NCBI GenBank assembly: GCA_963838295.1
Contig: CAWIQS010000002.1
Span: 19,156-83,155 of the forward strand
Direction: 5' to 3'
DNA: 64,000 bases
DNA from: an uncultured Acidobacteriaceae bacterium
GTDB lineage: Bacteria > Acidobacteriota > Terriglobia > Terriglobales > Acidobacteriaceae
Part shown: piece after piece, positions 58,709 to 64,000 of the stretch
Position numbering within the stretch: position 1 is the stretch's first letter
How the letters are laid out: every line of letters starts with the position of its first letter
Program-made: the position numbers and the translations under genes
The notes under the pieces: model-generated
The model's database searches: none
What the model saw: the letters and a program-made list of their open reading frames with translations, nothing else
Told to the model about the DNA's origin: nothing

Positions 58709-59692
58709 TTATTGAAACTGCGGAGCCCGGCTTAGAACTTCCCGGGACGCCGTGCGGATATGGGGATTATTGTCCGAATTGGCAACGGTAGACAATACAC
58801 GTTTTACGCCCGTATCGGCTTCCACGGGCTCCAGTTCGCTGATCGCCGTCGCGCGGATCCGCGGATCGCTGTCGTTCAGCAATGCTTCCAGTACGGCGTC
58901 GCGAACACGCATGTCCTCGGCCACGTACGGCTGCAAGCCTTCGAGTGCTTTCTCCCGAACAGCCTCGCTCTTGTCGTAGCGCAATGCCACCATTAGAGCA
59001 TCACGGATGCCTTCACCCTGGCAGGAGTGCCCGGCCCGGCATTCGGCCGCCAGCAATCCGACTGAGTCGTCCCGGACGCCTTGCGAAGACGCATTCTCCG
59101 AGGCCAGCATTAGTAACTGGCGAATTGCCGGATCGTCGAGCGAACCCTGGATATGCTGCGGCACCACCTGGTTATACGTGACATCGACCAGCTCACTGTT
59201 GGGCTGGCGCACAATGCTGGAAATGTTGGCCACCTCCGCAGAAATCGGCGCCACCTGCCCGGAGTCGGCTTTGTCGACTGTTGGTGCCGGCGCGCGTCCT
59301 GCGGCATGCGCTGTGCGGGCTTGCGCGTATTCGTAGCCGCCGAGCGTGCCGGCGCCGCCCCCCACAATCAGCAGCAGAACAGCTGCAACCGGGGCAGCTT
59401 GTAGATTCGCAAAGTTGTTCAGGACACGCTGGCCGAAGCGCTCAAACCACCGCTTGGGTGGAATGGCGTCCAGCGATTCTTCCAGGCGAATGCGCGAGCG
59501 GGTGACAAAATTTGGATCGGGTTCAACGACAGGATAGGCGGTGGCCAGCGTCTTCAACGCCAGCAGTTGTTCCCGCTCCTGGCTGCACTCGGTGCAGGCG
59601 GCAAGGTGCCGGTCCAGCTCGTGTACCTGTTCGTCGGGCAGCTCCCCGTACGCTGCCAGAACAATGCGTTCATGGGCAAGTTCGCAGTTCAT
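58709..59692 (-). CDS. Anti-sigma factor (zf-HC2 type) with HEAT repeats
   Basis: MNC...HLAACTEC (HxxxCxxC), one TM helix, C-terminal HEAT-like repeats. Confidence 0.85.
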   Translation of the reverse strand: MNCELAHERIVLAAYGELPDEQVHELDRHLAACTECSQEREQLLALKTLATAYPVVEPDPNFVTRSRIRLEESLDAIPPKRWFERFGQRVLNNFANLQAAPVAAVLLLIVGGGAGTLGGYEYAQARTAHAAGRAPAPTVDKADSGQVAPISAEVANISSIVRQPNSELVDVTYNQVVPQHIQGSLDDPAIRQLLMLASENASSQGVRDDSVGLLAAECRAGHSCQGEGIRDALMVALRYDKSEAVREKALEGLQPYVAEDMRVRDAVLEALLNDSDPRIRATAISELEPVEADTGVKRVLSTVANSDNNPHIRTASREVLSRAPQFQ

Positions 59693-59764
59693 CTCGTTAC
59701 GTCCTTCCAGCCTCTTACAACAGTCCTGCAAATCCGGTCTAAGGCGCTGCTACCCGCGAGGATG

Positions 59765-60490
59765 TTAGCGCACTCCCGCCAGTTGAGTTCTCAACTTTTT
59801 AGTCGCTCTGAAGAGCGTATTTTTGGCGGTTTCTTCCGTGGTATTCAACATCTCTCCAATGGTGCGCAGGCGGAGACCCTGGTAGTGCTTCAATTCAAAA
59901 ACCATCCGCTCACGCGGCGTAAGCTTGCTGAGCGCGGCTTGAATCCGCTCGCCCAGTACCTTGCGATCCAGTTCCTTGCTCGGATTCGAGAATGAACGAT
60001 TGTCCGAGACCGAAGCCAGCACGTCGATCTCATCACCGGAGTGATCCACCACCACGGCCTGGTCTTCACGACGCGTCTTGCGGCGGCGAAGCTGATCGAG
60101 GCAGAGATTGGTCACGATCCGGTAAATCCATGTATAGAACGAGCACTCAAACCGGAAGTTCCCGATATACCGGAATGCCTTGAGAAAGGCTTCCTGGTAG
60201 ATGTCTTCCGCATCCTGCTCTGAGCCCGTCAGGTGCAACGCCAGCCGCAAAACCTGCTGCTCATACTGGCGAACCAGGGCATCAAACGCGGCCCGTGACC
60301 CGGACTGCGCTTCGCGGATCAGTTCCATCTCCGGCGCGCGGGCCTGCAAACGCTCTGCGGCGCGATCCGGTCCGTCCATTGCCCGCGAGGCCATACCTGC
60401 GGAAGATTGTATCGTCCTTTTGGCAGGCCACGCTAAACCGCCGGGCAAAGCCGTTGGCGAAGTTGGGTAGCTCACAGCATCCGATGCCAT
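59765..60490 (-). CDS. ECF sigma factor, cognate to the anti-sigma
   Basis: DAEDIYQEAFLKAF, FYTWIYRIVTNLC, TAKNTLFRA. Confidence 0.92.
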   Translation of the reverse strand: MASDAVSYPTSPTALPGGLAWPAKRTIQSSAGMASRAMDGPDRAAERLQARAPEMELIREAQSGSRAAFDALVRQYEQQVLRLALHLTGSEQDAEDIYQEAFLKAFRYIGNFRFECSFYTWIYRIVTNLCLDQLRRRKTRREDQAVVVDHSGDEIDVLASVSDNRSFSNPSKELDRKVLGERIQAALSKLTPRERMVFELKHYQGLRLRTIGEMLNTTEETAKNTLFRATKKLRTQLAGVR

Positions 60491-60677
60491 CGAGATTTCG
60501 CTCCGGTGGTGCAGACGTTATCGCACTTATGTAGACTGCGCCAAAGCCTGTTTGTGAGCCTCATATGCGGCCAAATCCCGCCGGCGGTGACGACGCGGGT
60601 CCGAAGCCCCGTAGGCAGCGGGTACCAGGTGCCGTCCGCGGGGATTGCGTCGACGGGTGGCTTTACACTGGGAAAGC

Positions 60678-61304
60678 ATGAACAACAGCCTTTTTGCAGG
60701 AATGGAAGCCGGCGGCGGTGAATCCAGCGGCTGGTATACGGCACACTGCGATGGCGGATCGCGGGGCAATCCCGGGCCTGCCGGCTATGGAGCCGTCATC
60801 GAAGACCCGAAGGGCCAAGTGGTGGCCCGCCTCAGCGCATTCCTCGGACCGCAGACCAATAACTATGCTGAATACAAAGGGCTTCTCGCTGTTCTGGCTT
60901 GGGCAAAGGAGCACCACGCGCGTCAGCTCCGGGTCATCTCTGACTCCGAACTGATGGTCAAGCAGATGAAAGGCCAGTACAAAGTGGCCAGCCCCGTCCT
61001 GCGCCCTCTATGGGAAGAAGCGAAAGGCCTTGCCCGCCATCTCGAGCGCTTCGAAATGCGCCACACCTTGCGCGGTGGCAACAAGGAAGCCGATCAACTC
61101 GCCAACGAGGCCATGGACAAGGGGACAGGCCGGCCAGCAGCGGGCAGGCCCGGTGCCGGTTCCACCGCGTCGGGTGCGGGCAATAAATTGACGTCTCGTG
61201 GCTTGAATGATCAGGTTTTAGAGGGCTATGTGAAGGATGGTGTAGTCCATCTGCTCGAAGGTGACCTGCCTGATGGTACTTTCGTAAAGGTCACACGGAA
61301 GTAG
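60678..61304 (+). CDS. Ribonuclease HI family protein with short C-terminal extra domain
   Basis: CDGGSRGNPG, TNNYAEY, SDSELMVKQM, NKEADQLANEAMD. Confidence 0.9.
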   Translation: MNNSLFAGMEAGGGESSGWYTAHCDGGSRGNPGPAGYGAVIEDPKGQVVARLSAFLGPQTNNYAEYKGLLAVLAWAKEHHARQLRVISDSELMVKQMKGQYKVASPVLRPLWEEAKGLARHLERFEMRHTLRGGNKEADQLANEAMDKGTGRPAAGRPGAGSTASGAGNKLTSRGLNDQVLEGYVKDGVVHLLEGDLPDGTFVKVTRK

Positions 61305-61456
61305 ACAGCGCGCCCCACCTCCGGACTCATTCTCGAACCTGCTCTAATCCATACGTATTCTGCTTCATCTGCTTCTCTTGCTGCTCCCCGGGGAATTACT
61401 TCCTGGACTGCGTTGGTTCCCTCGTGCTCAAGAGAGACCTCTGGAGGACACGAACG

Positions 61457-62914
61457 ATGGAACACCGTAAAACCGTTTCATGGGGCCCTCTTTTTCTGCC
61501 TGTGCTCGCCGTCTGTTGCATAGGTATCGCTGCGCTGGTTCTCACCGCGTGCAGCAGAATGTCCGGTAGCGTTCAAACCTCCGGCATGGCAACGGTGGCA
61601 ACCATGATCAGCGACCCGGCAACCTGCGCAACGCCCAACGGCCCCTTCTCGCACGTCTTCGTCACCATCACTGACGTCAAGGCTCACACCAGTTCCACCG
61701 CAGGGCCGAACGATAGTGGCTGGGTGGACCTGACGCCCAACCTCGCCAATGCCCCCAAGCAGGTTGACCTGCTTGGCCTGGCCAACAACCAGTGCTTCCT
61801 TGTCTCGCTCGGCGATCCGCAGCAGCTGCAGGCCGGAACCTACCAGCAGATTCGCATCATCCTCGCAAGCGACAGCACCGCTATCAGTAGCAACTCCTGT
61901 GGCAACGGCGCTGCCAACTGCGTGGAACTCTCAAAGGATTCAAGCTTCCATACGCTGAACCTCTCCAGTGAAGACAAGACCGGAATCAAGATTCCTCCGG
62001 GCCAGATGGCGGGCGGAGGCCTCATCGTGGCGGCCGGAAAAACCACCGACCTCGATATCGACTTCCAGACCTGCCAATCCATCGTGCAGGAAGGCAACGG
62101 CCAATATCGTCTCAAGCCGGTGCTGCATGCCGGCGAGGTCAGCACTGTGTCCGCCTCCATCAACGGCACCGTTCTTGATAAATCCACCGGCAAGCCAGTC
62201 GCCGGCACGGCATGGGTCGCCGTAGAACAGAAAGATTCCAGCGGCGTCGATCGCGTCGTTCAATCGGTAATTGCCAATGCCGACGGCACCTTTGTCTTCT
62301 GCCCATTGACGGCCGGCAACTACGACGTTGTCGTCTCCGGCGTCCGCAATTCCGACGGATCGCTTTATCCGCCATCCATCATCACCGGAGTGGCCGTAGG
62401 CGACACGACCGGCAATATCAACCTCAATCCGCCCGCGCTGCCTACCGCCGGCTCGTTTGCCAATCTCAACGGTCTGGTCACATCGGCGAGCAACACCACA
62501 CCCGCCGCGCCGATCTCCATTGACGTTACGCTGACCGCGCTCGCCACCGTCAACTCCGCCATCTACACCATCCCGCAGCAGCCCGCCGCGACGCCGTTCT
62601 ACGGCATCTCGCAGGTAGTCACAACAGGTGCAGGCCCAGTGGGAACGCCGCCGGTTGCGTGTCCGACAGGCACTGACTGCATCAACTACTCGCTGCCGGT
62701 TCCTTCCGGCGGAGCTTACATCGGGGCCTGGTCAGCAAGTGGAACCACACTCACGCAGCCCGCGCCGCTAGCAAGCTACGCGGTGGATGGAATCACCACC
62801 GATGCCTGCAACGCAACTGACGTGAACTCGAATCCGCCGTTCGCGTTGACGGGGTCAGGTCCGTTCACAGCAGTGGCGATCACAAACAACCTGCAATTTG
62901 CCGGTTGCCCATAG
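61457..62914 (+). CDS. DUF4382 domain exported/lipoprotein
   Basis: LTAC lipobox-like, ISDPATC, HVFVTITDV, AGTYQQIRIIL, DIDFQTCQSIV, YRLKPVL. Confidence 0.8.
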   Translation: MEHRKTVSWGPLFLPVLAVCCIGIAALVLTACSRMSGSVQTSGMATVATMISDPATCATPNGPFSHVFVTITDVKAHTSSTAGPNDSGWVDLTPNLANAPKQVDLLGLANNQCFLVSLGDPQQLQAGTYQQIRIILASDSTAISSNSCGNGAANCVELSKDSSFHTLNLSSEDKTGIKIPPGQMAGGGLIVAAGKTTDLDIDFQTCQSIVQEGNGQYRLKPVLHAGEVSTVSASINGTVLDKSTGKPVAGTAWVAVEQKDSSGVDRVVQSVIANADGTFVFCPLTAGNYDVVVSGVRNSDGSLYPPSIITGVAVGDTTGNINLNPPALPTAGSFANLNGLVTSASNTTPAAPISIDVTLTALATVNSAIYTIPQQPAATPFYGISQVVTTGAGPVGTPPVACPTGTDCINYSLPVPSGGAYIGAWSASGTTLTQPAPLASYAVDGITTDACNATDVNSNPPFALTGSGPFTAVAITNNLQFAGCP

Positions 62915-62929
62915 AAGTAGCCTGAAATC

Positions 62930-62964
62930 AAAAAGGCCGGAGTCTTCAGAACTCCGGCCTTTTT
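62930..62964. terminator. Rho-independent terminator, bidirectional
   Basis: AAAAAGGCCGGAGT-CTTCAGA-ACTCCGGCCTTTTT. Confidence 0.85.
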
Positions 62965-62994
62965 CTTGGGACCTGCGATCCGATTCAAAATCGA

Positions 62995-63040
62995 GGGTAC
63001 CCATCCTCGCGACGCATTTGTTTTTGTCGCAAGGGTGGGA
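62995..63040. repeat. REP-like element related to family B
   Basis: GGGTACCCATCCTCGCGAC ... GTCGCAAGGGTGGGA. Confidence 0.6.
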
Positions 63041-63092
63041 AACCATGAACCCACGCACAACTGCCTTTTTGAGGTCCGGAAGAATATCGTCG

Positions 63093-63281
63093 TTACGCGG
63101 CGTGGGCCAGTTTTTCGTATTCCGCAAACTCGGCGGGACGATTGAGAACAACACTCAAATTCATCAGCGCGCGCGACGAGCACGCAGGGCACTCGCGATT
63201 GGCGTCGCTGACACAATTGCAGTCAAGGCAAAGCACAGCATGATCAAGCGGAATGGTCGATTTGTTCCTGAGAGAAGTCAT
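63093..63281 (-). CDS. Small Zn-ribbon-like protein (62 aa)
   Basis: CLDC-x9-CPAC. Confidence 0.6.
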   Translation of the reverse strand: MTSLRNKSTIPLDHAVLCLDCNCVSDANRECPACSSRALMNLSVVLNRPAEFAEYEKLAHAA

Positions 63282-63516
63282 ATGTGTGGTCCAATCCTTT
63301 GGACTCCTGTATAGAGGAAACCGTATCGCAGCCGGGAGTTGCGCCTTCTACCACGAATGTGGCAGGCAGAGTTTAACCCTTTATGTTCCGACAGCGTGTG
63401 CAGCAGAGTAGTGATCTAAATCACACGATCGTTTCATGCGAGTGCGATTTGAAGGTGCTCCGAGCTCGTCCCGCAGGTACCCCGGAAACTCCGGAACAAT
63501 CCATGAGAAGACCCTC

Positions 63517-64000
63517 TCAGTTCGTCGCCGCGATCGCCTGGCAGATCTTGTCCATCGCGGGAAGTTCCGCCTGGCTGCCCGGCCTGTGTCCATTCACCAT
63601 GATCGAAAACGCCAGCGTTCTTCCGCCCGCTGTCTGCAGATACCCCGACAATGCATTGGTCTCATTCAGGGTGCCGGTCTTCGCCCAGAGCTTTCCCTGG
63701 AGCGGCGTATTCCGGAACCGGCCGTAGAGCGAGCCATCCACGCCTGCGACCGGGAAGGTCCCGCGCCACGGCACTCCCCACGCCTGCCGCGTTGCATACG
63801 AAAGCAACTGCGTATAGGCCCGCGGGGTGATGCGGTCGTCCATGCTCATGCCCGATCCGTCGTAGAAAAAGAAATCCGCATCGCTCACGCCCGCGTCGAT
63901 CAGGAACTGCCTTACGACGCGCGTGCCCTGCGCCAGGCTTCCATCTTTGCCGAATGTCTTGCCTAGGAGCCGCAACAGAAGTTCCGCGTGCAGGTTCTGG
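63517..64000 (-). CDS. dacB: D-Ala-D-Ala carboxypeptidase/endopeptidase (PBP4, S13), C-terminal part; start is outside the window
   Basis: QNLHAELLLRLLG at the window edge, DGSGMS, KTGTL. Confidence 0.9.
   Translation of the reverse strand, partial: QNLHAELLLRLLGKTFGKDGSLAQGTRVVRQFLIDAGVSDADFFFYDGSGMSMDDRITPRAYTQLLSYATRQAWGVPWRGTFPVAGVDGSLYGRFRNTPLQGKLWAKTGTLNETNALSGYLQTAGGRTLAFSIMVNGHRPGSQAELPAMDKICQAIAATN

Overview
High-GC bacterial chromosome segment; gene content and repeat families suggest an Acidobacteriota (Terriglobia-like) host, which is an inference. (1) 1-16335 is a co-oriented phage-derived virion cluster: a 5'-truncated tailspike-like protein, large terminase, an inserted HipA-like kinase/DUF3037 pair, portal, prohead protease, scaffold, HK97-like capsid, neck/tail proteins, a 770-aa tail protein and a small holin-like ORF. 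It runs straight into purE-purK with no integrase, att site, tape measure or endolysin visible. Its intergenic gaps carry the same heptamer repeats found elsewhere in the window, so it is a candidate domesticated prophage or gene-transfer-agent-like element. (2) 16411-31035 holds housekeeping and accessory genes (purEK, typA, MBL hydrolase, glycosyltransferase, two-component pair, ankyrin protein). (3) 31540-44760 is a mobile/defence hot spot: an IS4 relic, an IS110 element, REP-like and heptamer repeats, an IS3 whose 3' ~680 nt have lost almost all cytosines on one strand, a frameshifted radical SAM gene, and a complete type II-A (St85/Ec86-like) retron with a readable msr-msd. (4) 45087-64000 holds small accessory genes (including a paralog pair with a covarying 5' hairpin), an ArsR-SRPBCC operon, two ECF sigma factors, a PLP decarboxylase, cysK, RNase HI, a DUF4382 protein and a partial dacB. 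Family names come from motif recognition only; no database search was run.
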